Origin: an uncultured Thermoanaerobaculia bacterium
Lineage (GTDB): Bacteria > Acidobacteriota > Thermoanaerobaculia > Multivoradales > J023
DNA length: 43,732 nucleotides
Direction: 5' to 3'
NCBI GenBank assembly: GCA_964565225.1
Contig: CAZMEL010000024.1
Coordinates: 1-43,732, forward strand
Both the position numbers and the translations under genes were made by a program. Of this stretch, positions 24,099 to 32,702 are shown piece after piece (the stretch's first letter is position 1; each line of letters opens with the position of its first letter). Under the pieces are notes generated by a model. That model did no database searches. It was not told where the DNA came from and was given only the letters and a program-made list of their open reading frames with translations.

Positions 24099-26390
24099 TC
24101 AATAGCCCCAGGAGGGCCAGAGCAGCTCCGTGCCCGTCACCTTGCCCAGGCCTTCGGAGTACATGCGTGCCGTTTCCACGAGGCCGGGAGACAGCAGGTG
24201 GCGTCCGTCGTGGTCCTGCAAAAAGAGGTGTTTCCAGGTCTCTCGGGTCCCGAGCTGCACCTTCCGGTTCTTCACTTGGTGATAGAGGCGCTCCAGGCGT
24301 AGCTCGAGCGCTGCCAAGCCGACGGTCGTAAAGTAGGAGCCCGACCTCTGTGTTGCCAGCCACTCGCTGATCTCTTCGGGGGTCTCGAACCGGTGGACCT
24401 GGTCCGCCAGGTTCCTGCTCGGCTCTTTGGCCTGGCTGATCAGGCCGTGGGCCCGCAGATCGATGAAGCCATTGTTGGCGATGGTCCAGTCGCGCAGGGT
24501 CTCGTAGGAAGTGCCGGCCTCCTCGGCCGTTTTCTGCCAGGAGAGGTGCAGATCCTGTGCCGTCGCGATCGCCATATCGAGCGGGGCCGCGTAGGGGCCC
24601 ACGAGGATTCGATCTCCCTTGCCCGACGGGTCGGAATAGAGGATCGGGATCCCGAGAGATGTGATGGCCTGGAGGTATCTGCCGATCTGGGTGGCCAGGC
24701 GCGCCAGAAATTTTTCACGACCCGGCAGGCGGCGCCCTTGCTGGCGCGGATCGAACCCCAGCAGATGCCCGGCCGATTCCATCGAGCGGGTCTCGCAGAG
24801 CTCTGCCAGGAGAAGTGCCAGGCGTTTGTGGTCGAGCTCGGCGAGATCTTCGAACGAAGGGATCCGCGTCTCTCGCCAGAGAAACTCGTCGGGATCGGTG
24901 AGGCTTCCAAGGAGGGTCTGCTCTTCGTAGGTCTCGAATTTCTGGCCGAGCTCTCGAAGCCGCAGAAGCAACATGATCAGGCCGAGCTCGTGCAGGCGTG
25001 CCTGGTGGGTGGCGGATCCCAGGGCTTGAAACGCCTGGAGGTTGAAGGGGCCGTGGTGGGCCCGCATCAGCTGGGGGTAGTTGTCCAGGAGGCGGAGGGC
25101 GAAGTAGGAGTTCTCGGTTTCGCCGTAGTAGCAGATCTTGTCCTGGAACCAATCCCGCCTTCGCTCGGGGCCGAAGAGGGCGTGGCGAACCAAGACCATG
25201 GCCAGCTCTTCGGGGATGGCGACCTTCATGACGTTGTAGAGAGCTATACAGTTGGCGACCGAGAAGAGGCCGTTCTCGCCCGACCGGATCGCGGCGTCCA
25301 CGATCAATTCGCGACCACCACCGAACTCGAGGGGCTCGTTTTCCGGGGCCCCTTCGCCGGGAGACAGGGGAAGACGGTGGAACGGATAGAGGAGGATGGA
25401 CTCGGAATCGAGGTCGGCCGGGCGTACCGGGTTGTGGTCGAGCGCGGCGAGTCGGCTCTGCAGAGTGCCCCGGATGCCTCGATCCGCAGGTAGGTGGCAC
25501 CGGAACTCCACGGCGTCGATACCGATGGCGGCGGCGGTGACCAACACGTCGAAGCCCTGGTCGATATAGAGCTGGGTCAGCTCGTCTGCGAAGTACTTCT
25601 TGTCGACCAGGCGTTTGCCGAGGGCGCTGTGGGCAAAACCGAGGCGGATCTCCGCCTGCCCTCCATCGACCCGATACATTCCACCCACGGCCGTGGTGTG
25701 GGCGATCACCACGTGGCGGGCGTAGCGTTGCTGAATGACCGCCAGACCGCGGACGAAGGTCTCGAGGTAGTGCTTCTTGATTCTTTGTTTCGCCGGATGA
25801 TCGAGGCCGTGCTCCGCCGTCAGCCGGTCGATCGCGACGAGGGTGTAGGTCGCCACGCTGGGAAGCGGAATCGCCACGGCGACCGAGTGCAGAAGATCGC
25901 TGTCGAGGCCCTTGGCGAAATCGAGGAAAGGACACCGCTGGTTGGCGAAGTAGTCCTTGAGCGTGGCCTCCAGGTCGAAGGAAGCTCCATCCTCCGTACG
26001 GCGCCGCTCCACGGTATCGGGAAGATCTTGAGGAATTTCGAGCTGCAGCAGGGAGAAGTGCAGGTCGATCCGATCGTCGATACGGTAGTGCCTTCGCGGC
26101 TCGACTTTCTCGATATCCACCTGGTCTTCGAGAGCCAGATACAGGCGGCTGACGAACTTGGTGATCTCTTTGTCGGAGAGGCCCGTGGCATGGATTTCGC
26201 CGGTCAAGGGCCGCTGCCGGCAGGTCTTGGACAGGAGAATCAGGCGGCAGAGCTCCATGATCGAGGCTCCACCCACGGCTCCGGTGCCACCGAAGACCAC
26301 GAAACGCACGGGGTGTCGGCCGCCACCCGGGAGCAGGCGGGTCGACAACAGGTGTTCTAGAGATTCGAATTCGTGATAGAGCGTCCGCAT
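24099..26390 (-). CDS. Hypothetical 763-aa protein with an N-terminal NAD(P)-binding Rossmann motif.
   Basis: VRFVVFGGTGAVGGASIMEL (GxxGxxG after a beta-strand) lies near the N-terminus. The rest is helical with no recognisable catalytic motifs. I chose the ATG at 26390 (MRTLYHEFESLEHLL) over the longer ORF-track start. Confidence 0.5.
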   Translation of the reverse strand: MRTLYHEFESLEHLLSTRLLPGGGRHPVRFVVFGGTGAVGGASIMELCRLILLSKTCRQRPLTGEIHATGLSDKEITKFVSRLYLALEDQVDIEKVEPRRHYRIDDRIDLHFSLLQLEIPQDLPDTVERRRTEDGASFDLEATLKDYFANQRCPFLDFAKGLDSDLLHSVAVAIPLPSVATYTLVAIDRLTAEHGLDHPAKQRIKKHYLETFVRGLAVIQQRYARHVVIAHTTAVGGMYRVDGGQAEIRLGFAHSALGKRLVDKKYFADELTQLYIDQGFDVLVTAAAIGIDAVEFRCHLPADRGIRGTLQSRLAALDHNPVRPADLDSESILLYPFHRLPLSPGEGAPENEPLEFGGGRELIVDAAIRSGENGLFSVANCIALYNVMKVAIPEELAMVLVRHALFGPERRRDWFQDKICYYGETENSYFALRLLDNYPQLMRAHHGPFNLQAFQALGSATHQARLHELGLIMLLLRLRELGQKFETYEEQTLLGSLTDPDEFLWRETRIPSFEDLAELDHKRLALLLAELCETRSMESAGHLLGFDPRQQGRRLPGREKFLARLATQIGRYLQAITSLGIPILYSDPSGKGDRILVGPYAAPLDMAIATAQDLHLSWQKTAEEAGTSYETLRDWTIANNGFIDLRAHGLISQAKEPSRNLADQVHRFETPEEISEWLATQRSGSYFTTVGLAALELRLERLYHQVKNRKVQLGTRETWKHLFLQDHDGRHLLSPGLVETARMYSEGLGKVTGTELLWPSWGY

Positions 26391-26491
26391 ATCTCGGTTT
26401 TCTTCGGGTGCGGGCAATCCACGAGCCCAGCCTGGGAAGCAGGTTCGATTGGACGGTAAGAAATGACTCCGGCCAGAATTTGAACAGAGGC

Positions 26492-26508
26492 CTCCATCAT
26501 ATATGGAG
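26492..26508. promoter_or_regulatory. Inverted repeat CTCCAT-N5-ATGGAG in the divergent promoter region between the 763-aa gene and the CRTAC1-family gene.
   Basis: ctccatCATATatggag was read at 26492-26508, in a 180-bp, comparatively AT-rich divergent intergenic region. It also overlaps a possible alternative ATG (26503) for the CRTAC1 gene. Confidence 0.25.
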
Positions 26509-26571
26509 ATCGAGGCTTCGTGCCGAGCTCCGGTGAGTTTGACCAACAGGGGAACGGGTTATGATTCTCCA

Positions 26572-28830
26572 ATGTCGCCATGGATCCCAATGTCTCTCCT
26601 CCTCGTGGCAGGCGGGCTCTTCGACCCCGCGTTGCTGCCGACCCCCGAGGAGACCCGATCCGAGCTGAGCGCGGTTTGCCAGCGTCTGGCTCGAGGCGAG
26701 AATCCCTACTTCGGAAATGCCCTGGCAAGGCGTCTCGAGACCAGGATCGGGACCCTGAAAGAAGATGGGGATGCCGAGCTCGCGGTCGGGCTGAGGGGGC
26801 GTCTCGCCGAAGAGTATCTGCGGCTCGGGCAGCTCGACGATGCCCGCGCTCGCCTGCTCGAAGCCCTGCAGATCACCGAGTCCCGGGAGCTTCCGGCCGG
26901 CCTTCGCAGCCGACTGGTGTACCTGCTGGGATTGTGTGAGCTACGGCTGGCCGAACGCCAGAACTGTGTGGCCCACCACGGCGGCGAGAGCTGTATCCTC
27001 CCCCTCGCCGAAGGTGGAATCCATCGCGACCCCGATGCGGCGCGGCGCGCCATGAAGCACTTCGAGACAACCCTCGAGGAGAATCCCGAAGAGGTGCAGG
27101 CGCGCTGGTTGTTGAACCTGGCCTCGCTGGTCGCTGGTGAGGGCTTCGATGCGGTCGCTCCGAATCTGCGAATGGCTCCCGCGGCGGCAGCCCGGCTGAC
27201 GGAGGCCGGGAACGGAGCCCGGTGGGCCAATCTCGCGTCGGAGCTCGGGGTCGACGCGATCGACCTGGCGGGAGGCTCCGTGATCGAGGACTTCGACGGG
27301 GATGGTTGGCTCGACCTCGTGACGTCGACCTGGGATCCTTGCGGCCCGCTGAAGGCGTTTCGAAACGATGGCCGAGGCCGATTCGAGGAGGTCACCGAGG
27401 CCTGGGGGCTACACGGGCAGCTCGGGGGCCTGAACCTCTCGCATGCCGATTTCGACAACGACGGTCGGCAAGACCTGCTGGTCCTGCGGGGTGCCTGGCT
27501 CGGAGACGACGGCAAGGTCAGGAACTCACTGCTGCGCAACGACCTCGGGTCGAGCGGTGGTGGATTTCAGGATGTCACGGCGGTTGCCGGATTGGCCTAT
27601 CCCTCGTACCCGACACAGACCGGGGCCTGGGCCGACTACGACGGGGACGGAGATCTCGACCTGTACGTGGGCAACGAAGCGGCTTCGAGCCAGGTCTTCT
27701 CCTGGCAGATGGCCGAGAATCCCGGCCGTCCTTTCCCCTCCCAGCTGTTCCAGAACCAGGGGGACGGGACTTTCATCGACAAGGCACGAGAGGCCGGGGT
27801 CATGAATCTCCGTTTTGCCAAGGGTGTGGCCTGGGGCGACTTCGACAACGATGGCGACCCCGACCTCTACGTCTCGAATATCGGTCTCAACCGGCTGTAC
27901 CGGAACGAGGGTGTCGGCGCCGACGGAAAGGTGCGTTTCACGGACGTTGCTCCACAGCTCGGAGTGACGGCACCGGAGCGAGCGAGCTTCGCCATCTGGT
28001 TCTTCGACGTCGACAACGATGGTGATCTCGACCTCTTCGTCTCCGACTACAGCGCCCGGTTTCGCCGAGTTTCGTCCTGGTATGTCGGCGAGGACCCGGG
28101 GCCGGAAGGCCACTCGAGGCTGTACCGCAATGTGGGTGGCACCTTCGAGGATGTGTCGTTGGAAGTGGGGTTCGATCGGCCTCTGTTGCCGATGGGAGCG
28201 AATTTCGGTGATCTCGACAACGACGGCTGGCTCGATGTGTTCCTGGGAACCGGGGTGCCGGACCTCGAGGCGGCGATGCCCGACGCGGTATTTCGAAATC
28301 TCGAAGGAAAGCGGTTCCAGGAAGTGACCTTCTCGGCCGGATTCGGGCATTTGCAGAAGGGGCACGGGGTGTCGTTCGGAGATCTCGATCACGATGGAGA
28401 TCTGGACGTGTTGCATCAGATAGGAGGTGCCTTCCCGTCGGACGGCTTTGCCAACGCCCTCTACGAGAACCCGGGGAACGATCATTCCTGGGTAGCCTTC
28501 GAGCTCGAGGGGAAACGTGCGAATCGCTCGGGCCTCGGGGCTCGAATCGAAGTGCGGGTTGCCGGCGAGGGCCAGGGTCGCTCGATCCATCGGGTCGTCG
28601 GCACCGGAGGGTCGTTCGGGAGCTCGAGCCTGCGGCAGGTCATCGGCCTCGGCACGGCCCGCCGAATCGAGCGAGTCGAGATCCTCTGGCCGGGTAGCGG
28701 GGCTCGTCAAACCTTGAAAGGCCTGGAGCCCGAACGGCTCTACCGGATCCTCGAGGGGGAGGATCAGCCCGTGTCTCTGGAGCTTTCCCCGGTTCGGCTG
28801 GGGGGTCGAGAGCAGGAGCAGGAACCATGA
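26572..28830 (+). CDS. CRTAC1-family protein (ASPIC/UnbV with FG-GAP/VCBS-type beta-propeller repeats).
   Basis: Repeated D-x-D-x-D-G-x-x-D calcium-binding/FG-GAP-like motifs (FDGDGWLDLV, FDNDGRQDLL, YDGDGDLDLY, FDNDGDPDLY, VDNDGDLDLF, LDNDGWLDVF, LDHDGDLDVL). The C-terminal UnbV_ASPIC-like segment is ENPGNDHSWVAFELEGKRANRSGLGARIEV. Alternative in-frame starts at 26503 and about 26590 are possible. The stop overlaps the next gene (ATGA). Confidence 0.75.
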   Translation: MSPWIPMSLLLVAGGLFDPALLPTPEETRSELSAVCQRLARGENPYFGNALARRLETRIGTLKEDGDAELAVGLRGRLAEEYLRLGQLDDARARLLEALQITESRELPAGLRSRLVYLLGLCELRLAERQNCVAHHGGESCILPLAEGGIHRDPDAARRAMKHFETTLEENPEEVQARWLLNLASLVAGEGFDAVAPNLRMAPAAAARLTEAGNGARWANLASELGVDAIDLAGGSVIEDFDGDGWLDLVTSTWDPCGPLKAFRNDGRGRFEEVTEAWGLHGQLGGLNLSHADFDNDGRQDLLVLRGAWLGDDGKVRNSLLRNDLGSSGGGFQDVTAVAGLAYPSYPTQTGAWADYDGDGDLDLYVGNEAASSQVFSWQMAENPGRPFPSQLFQNQGDGTFIDKAREAGVMNLRFAKGVAWGDFDNDGDPDLYVSNIGLNRLYRNEGVGADGKVRFTDVAPQLGVTAPERASFAIWFFDVDNDGDLDLFVSDYSARFRRVSSWYVGEDPGPEGHSRLYRNVGGTFEDVSLEVGFDRPLLPMGANFGDLDNDGWLDVFLGTGVPDLEAAMPDAVFRNLEGKRFQEVTFSAGFGHLQKGHGVSFGDLDHDGDLDVLHQIGGAFPSDGFANALYENPGNDHSWVAFELEGKRANRSGLGARIEVRVAGEGQGRSIHRVVGTGGSFGSSSLRQVIGLGTARRIERVEILWPGSGARQTLKGLEPERLYRILEGEDQPVSLELSPVRLGGREQEQEP

Positions 28831-30518
28831 GGAACCGTCGTATGCAACGAGCAGTTCGTCGAGGCGAAGAAGGTGGAGCCTGGAGATGTCTCCGGATCCG
28901 GGCCGCAGTGGTGCTGGGTTTCATGGCCCTGCTCGGCTCGGTGCCTGCGTCCTGGGCGCAGGCGGCTTCGGAAGAGTCCGTCGCGCGGCTACGAGAGGTG
29001 ATCTCCCAGGTCGAAGGTGGCGACCTCGAAGGCGCTATCGAGAAGCTGGAACGAGACGGGGCAGCCGAGGCGGCGAGCCCGCTCACGGCCTTGCTCGGGA
29101 CCCTCTATCTCGAGTCCGGCCGGGTGGCCGAAGCCTTCGCGGTCCTCGGTCCGATGGCGAAGGAGACCGAGGCGGATCCGGCCGTTCTCTACAACGCGGC
29201 GCGGGCCGCTCTGCGCCTGGGCAACCGCGCCGAAGGAGAGGAGCTTCTCACCCGCTCGGCCGCGAAGATTCCTCTCTCGCCGGCCGGCAGGGAGCTCGGT
29301 CTGCTGCGAGGCCGGCAAGGGAGTACGACCGAAGCCTACCGACTCCTCCGTCCTTGGGCCCTGGCGAATCCCGGCGATTTCGAAGCCCGTCAGGCGGCGG
29401 CGATCTGTGCTCTGCAGCTGGAACGACCCGCGGAAGCCGAAGAGCTGCTGGCCGATCTGCCTCAGGATCAACCGAGAGTGCGCTTGCTCTGGGCCCGCTT
29501 GTTGATGGCGAAAGACGATCCACGAGCGGCGATCGCCACCCTCGCGCCCCTGGAAGCCGAAGTGTCGGCAGAGATCGAGGGCGACCTCCGTCGAACCCTG
29601 GGAGAGGCCTATCTCCTGACCGGGCGGTCCGACCTGGCCGTTGCCCAGCTGTCCCGGCTTTCCGACTCCGCCCCCTCCGACGCGCTACTGCTGGCGCAGG
29701 CCCACTACCAGAACGGCGATCCCGAGAAAGCCCAGGAAGCGCTCGGCCCGTTTGCCGGTGCCGTTCTGGAAAAACCGGCGGAAGCGTGGAAAGGGAGCGA
29801 CCGGGACCTGGCAGCCAAGGTGGCCCTGGAGCTCGGGCGGGCTCGGGTGGCAAGTGGTGACCCTGCAGCTGCGGTCGAGGCGTTGGAGAAAGCCTCCGAG
29901 CTCGATCCGTGGGAAAAACAGATCTGGCAACAGCTGGGCCAGGCGCTGGCGGCGTCTGGCCGTCGCGACGAAGCCACCCGAGCTCTCGAGGAGTTCCGGC
30001 GCCTGGCCGAAGCCGAGGCGTCTCCTGGAGATCGGGTCGTCGAGCTCGAACAGGATGCCAGGGACCCCACCGGCAAGGTGATGCGCGAAGCGCAGCTCTG
30101 GTTGGGCCGCGGCGAGCCGCAGCGAGCTCTCGAGCTGGCCCGCAGGGAAAACGGCCTGGCCCCTGACGATCTCCGCCCGCGGTTCGTCGAGGTGCAGGCA
30201 CTGTTGATGATGCGGCAAGTGGAAGAAGCGGCTGCTGCCGCGGAAGCAACACTCCTCGAGGCCCCGGGCAATGCCGATGCCCAATACCAGCTGGGGCTCG
30301 CTCGCATGGCGCAGGAGCGCATGGAAGAAGCGGAAGCAGCCTTGCGGAAGGCCCTCGAGCTGGCTCCCGAGCACACGGCAGCGTTGAACGACCTCGCGGT
30401 ATTGCTGCTGGCGATGGACAGGGTGGACGAAGGCCGCCAGATGTTGGAACGGGTGTTGGCTCTCCGCCCGGACGACCCGGTGGCGAAAGCGAACCTCGCC
30501 CGAATCGAGGGACGTTGA
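28827..30518 (+). CDS. Secreted tetratricopeptide-repeat (TPR) protein.
   Basis: Signal peptide (RIRAAVVLGFMALLGSVPASWAQA). Then multiple 34-aa TPR-like units (AxxYxxLGxAxxxxGxxxEAxxxxxxAL patterns). Overlaps the CRTAC1 stop by 4 nt. Confidence 0.7.
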   Translation: MRNRRMQRAVRRGEEGGAWRCLRIRAAVVLGFMALLGSVPASWAQAASEESVARLREVISQVEGGDLEGAIEKLERDGAAEAASPLTALLGTLYLESGRVAEAFAVLGPMAKETEADPAVLYNAARAALRLGNRAEGEELLTRSAAKIPLSPAGRELGLLRGRQGSTTEAYRLLRPWALANPGDFEARQAAAICALQLERPAEAEELLADLPQDQPRVRLLWARLLMAKDDPRAAIATLAPLEAEVSAEIEGDLRRTLGEAYLLTGRSDLAVAQLSRLSDSAPSDALLLAQAHYQNGDPEKAQEALGPFAGAVLEKPAEAWKGSDRDLAAKVALELGRARVASGDPAAAVEALEKASELDPWEKQIWQQLGQALAASGRRDEATRALEEFRRLAEAEASPGDRVVELEQDARDPTGKVMREAQLWLGRGEPQRALELARRENGLAPDDLRPRFVEVQALLMMRQVEEAAAAAEATLLEAPGNADAQYQLGLARMAQERMEEAEAALRKALELAPEHTAALNDLAVLLLAMDRVDEGRQMLERVLALRPDDPVAKANLARIEGR

Positions 30519-30522
30519 GAGA

Positions 30523-32625
30523 GTGCTCGCGGACGCGCCGCCCGATCCACGGCGGACGCTGACCACGGTCTACGCCCTCGGGCTCGGGGCGCTGGCCGTG
30601 TTGCTGCAGGTCATCACCCCGATCATCGCCTTCGATACGGATCTCTGGTACCACCTCTCCCACGGGCGAACCGTGGTCGAGAGCGGTGAGATTCCTACCA
30701 CGAGCTATTTCTCCTATCTCGACCCTCCCCGCTCTTGGGTCGACTACTACTGGGGTTTTCAGGTTCTCGCCTACGGCGCCTTCGAAATGGCCGGTTACTG
30801 GGGGCTCCTGGTGCTGCGGGGCCTCGGATTCGCGGCGCTCCTCGGGATCGTCGGGAGCTGGCTCGGGATCTCGAAGGCCTCGGGTTGGCGCCTGGTGTTG
30901 TGGGCGGCGTTGATCGTCCAGTTCTTCCCCAAGGCCCAGCTCGTGAGGCCCCATGCCGCGAGCTACCTCTGTATCGCTCTCTTCCTCTGGATTCTCGAAC
31001 AGCGCCGGTCCTGGATGCCGGCCCTGCCGTTGGTGGCCTGGGGCTGGGTCAATCTCCACGGCGTCGAGTATCCGATTCTGCTCGTGATCATCGCCGCCTA
31101 TGGAGTCGAGGCGGTGGTTCGGCGGCGGAAGACCGAGAATCTGCACCGAGAGCTCGCCGTGTACCTGCTCTGCCTCGTGGCCATTTTCCTGACACCCCAC
31201 GGGGCGCGGCTCCTCTCGGTACCCTTTCGTTCGACCGAGCTCGCGTCGCAATACCTCACCGAGCTGGCACGGCCCGAGCTGTGGGAGCTCTTCTCGTTGT
31301 CCGTCTCGCCCCACACCGTACCCACTCTCACGGTGGTCTCGTTCTTCTTCGTCGCCTCTCTGCTCTGTGCGGTGGGGAGCCTTCGCCGCGGGCAGGCCTT
31401 CGCTCCCCTATTGCTCTGGGTTGCGGGTTGTGCCCTGCTCCTGCGCGGCTTCCGCTTTCACCACGAATTCACTCTGCTCTCGTTGCCCCTTCTGCTCTCG
31501 CAGGGCCCTCCGATCTTGCTGTCCCCCCGGCTGGCCGTGCGGAGGATGGCCGATCTCGGGGTGCTCCTCTGCTGTGCCCTGCCGCTGGTCGCGCTGCTCC
31601 CGCGAACGAGCCAGATGGCAGAGAGCTTTCCCCTGTCCTTGCGCAATCTGCCCCACGGTGCTGCGCGTTTTCTGGTCGAGCATGGCGCGGGCGGGCGGGT
31701 CATGAACCCACCCAACTTCGGCGGGTACCTGCAGTGGGAGCTGGGCGAGGATTTTCGGATCTTCATGGATATGGAGGTCCCGTTCCTGTTCAGCGACCTC
31801 GACATCTACGAGGTGAGCGCCGCCTTTGTCGATTCCCCGGCGCTGGCCCACGTATTGGCTCGGGATCGTCCGACCTTCATCGCCGCGCCTCGCCAGCCCG
31901 ACGACTTCTCGCGCCTGGCCCGCGAGCATCCACGCTACGTGCCCGTATTCTTCGACGATCTGGTCGTCGTCTATGCCGACCAGCAGCAGCGGCCGGAGCT
32001 CGTGTCTCGTTTTCGACTGCAGGCCCTCGACCCCTACGCTCTGGAGCAGAAGTCTCTGTCGGAGCTGCCGGCCGAACAAAAGGCCGCGTGGCAGCTAGAG
32101 CTGGAGAGAGTCGCCGGAATCGACGGACGGATCGTTGCCGTGAACCAGGCTCTGGCGATCCTCTACCTGCAGTCGGGCGACTTGCCACGGGCCGAGGCAC
32201 GGGTGTTGGCGATCTTGGACCGCGACCGCCGTATCGCCCGCGGATGGCAGCTCCGAGGCGACTGGTTTCGCAGCTCGGGCCAGCTGGCGGAGGCCCTGGC
32301 CGCCTACCGGAAAGCTCTCCGGCTGAGCACGGAAGAGGTCGAGGAACGTTCGATCTCGCGTTCGATGGCCAGCTTGCTCGACGAAATGCAGCGGCCGGAA
32401 AAGGCCTATCGAGCGTTGCTTCGTGCGGTCGGGTCCTTCGATCCCCACGCTTCCTGTGTCGATCTCTACAACCTGGGGATCCTGGCGGCGCGCACTGGCC
32501 GACTCGAAGATGCCCATCGCCTCCTGACCTGGGCCTCTCTGAAGGCGCCACCCGACCAGACGATATGGGAAGAAAGGGTCCGATCGGCTCTCCGATCTCT
32601 CGAAACCCCGGAATCGGCACCTTAG
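30523..32625 (+). CDS. Polytopic membrane protein (GT-C-like / glycosyltransferase-39/87-like fold) with a C-terminal TPR domain.
   Basis: About 11 predicted hydrophobic helices in the first 350 aa (VYALGLGALAVLLQVITPIIAF, YWGLLVLRGLGFAALLGIV, ILLVIIAAYGV, ...). Then a soluble domain with TPR-like repeats (AVNQALAILYLQSGDLPRAEARVLAILDRDRR..., AEALAAYRKALRL). Starts 4 nt after the TPR gene stop. Confidence 0.55.
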   Translation: MLADAPPDPRRTLTTVYALGLGALAVLLQVITPIIAFDTDLWYHLSHGRTVVESGEIPTTSYFSYLDPPRSWVDYYWGFQVLAYGAFEMAGYWGLLVLRGLGFAALLGIVGSWLGISKASGWRLVLWAALIVQFFPKAQLVRPHAASYLCIALFLWILEQRRSWMPALPLVAWGWVNLHGVEYPILLVIIAAYGVEAVVRRRKTENLHRELAVYLLCLVAIFLTPHGARLLSVPFRSTELASQYLTELARPELWELFSLSVSPHTVPTLTVVSFFFVASLLCAVGSLRRGQAFAPLLLWVAGCALLLRGFRFHHEFTLLSLPLLLSQGPPILLSPRLAVRRMADLGVLLCCALPLVALLPRTSQMAESFPLSLRNLPHGAARFLVEHGAGGRVMNPPNFGGYLQWELGEDFRIFMDMEVPFLFSDLDIYEVSAAFVDSPALAHVLARDRPTFIAAPRQPDDFSRLAREHPRYVPVFFDDLVVVYADQQQRPELVSRFRLQALDPYALEQKSLSELPAEQKAAWQLELERVAGIDGRIVAVNQALAILYLQSGDLPRAEARVLAILDRDRRIARGWQLRGDWFRSSGQLAEALAAYRKALRLSTEEVEERSISRSMASLLDEMQRPEKAYRALLRAVGSFDPHASCVDLYNLGILAARTGRLEDAHRLLTWASLKAPPDQTIWEERVRSALRSLETPESAP

Positions 32626-32700
32626 AGGTGCCACCCACCTGTGATGGGTGGGTGATTTAGAGGTGCGGGCACCTTAGAGGTGCCACCCACCTGTGATTCG
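32622..32700. repeat. Second REP-like element: two direct copies of CTTAGAGGTGCCACCCACCTGTGAT with nested inverted repeats (CACCCACC/GGTGGGTG, AGGTGC/GCACCT), lying between convergent genes.
   Basis: The 25-mer occurs at 32622-32646 and 32672-32696. The spacer contains GGGTGGGTG (the reverse complement of CACCCACC) and a third partial copy TTAGAGGTGC. It shares the 20-mer GGTGCCA(C/G)CCACCTGTGATG with the 22.9-kb array. It sits exactly between the stop codons of two convergent genes, so it may also act as a bidirectional terminator hairpin. Confidence 0.65.
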
Positions 32701-32702
32701 AC

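Noticed and set aside
29248-31314. 688-aa minus-strand ORF spanning the TPR and GT-C genes
   Set aside because: It is antisense to two well-supported genes and is Arg/Pro-rich with no motifs.
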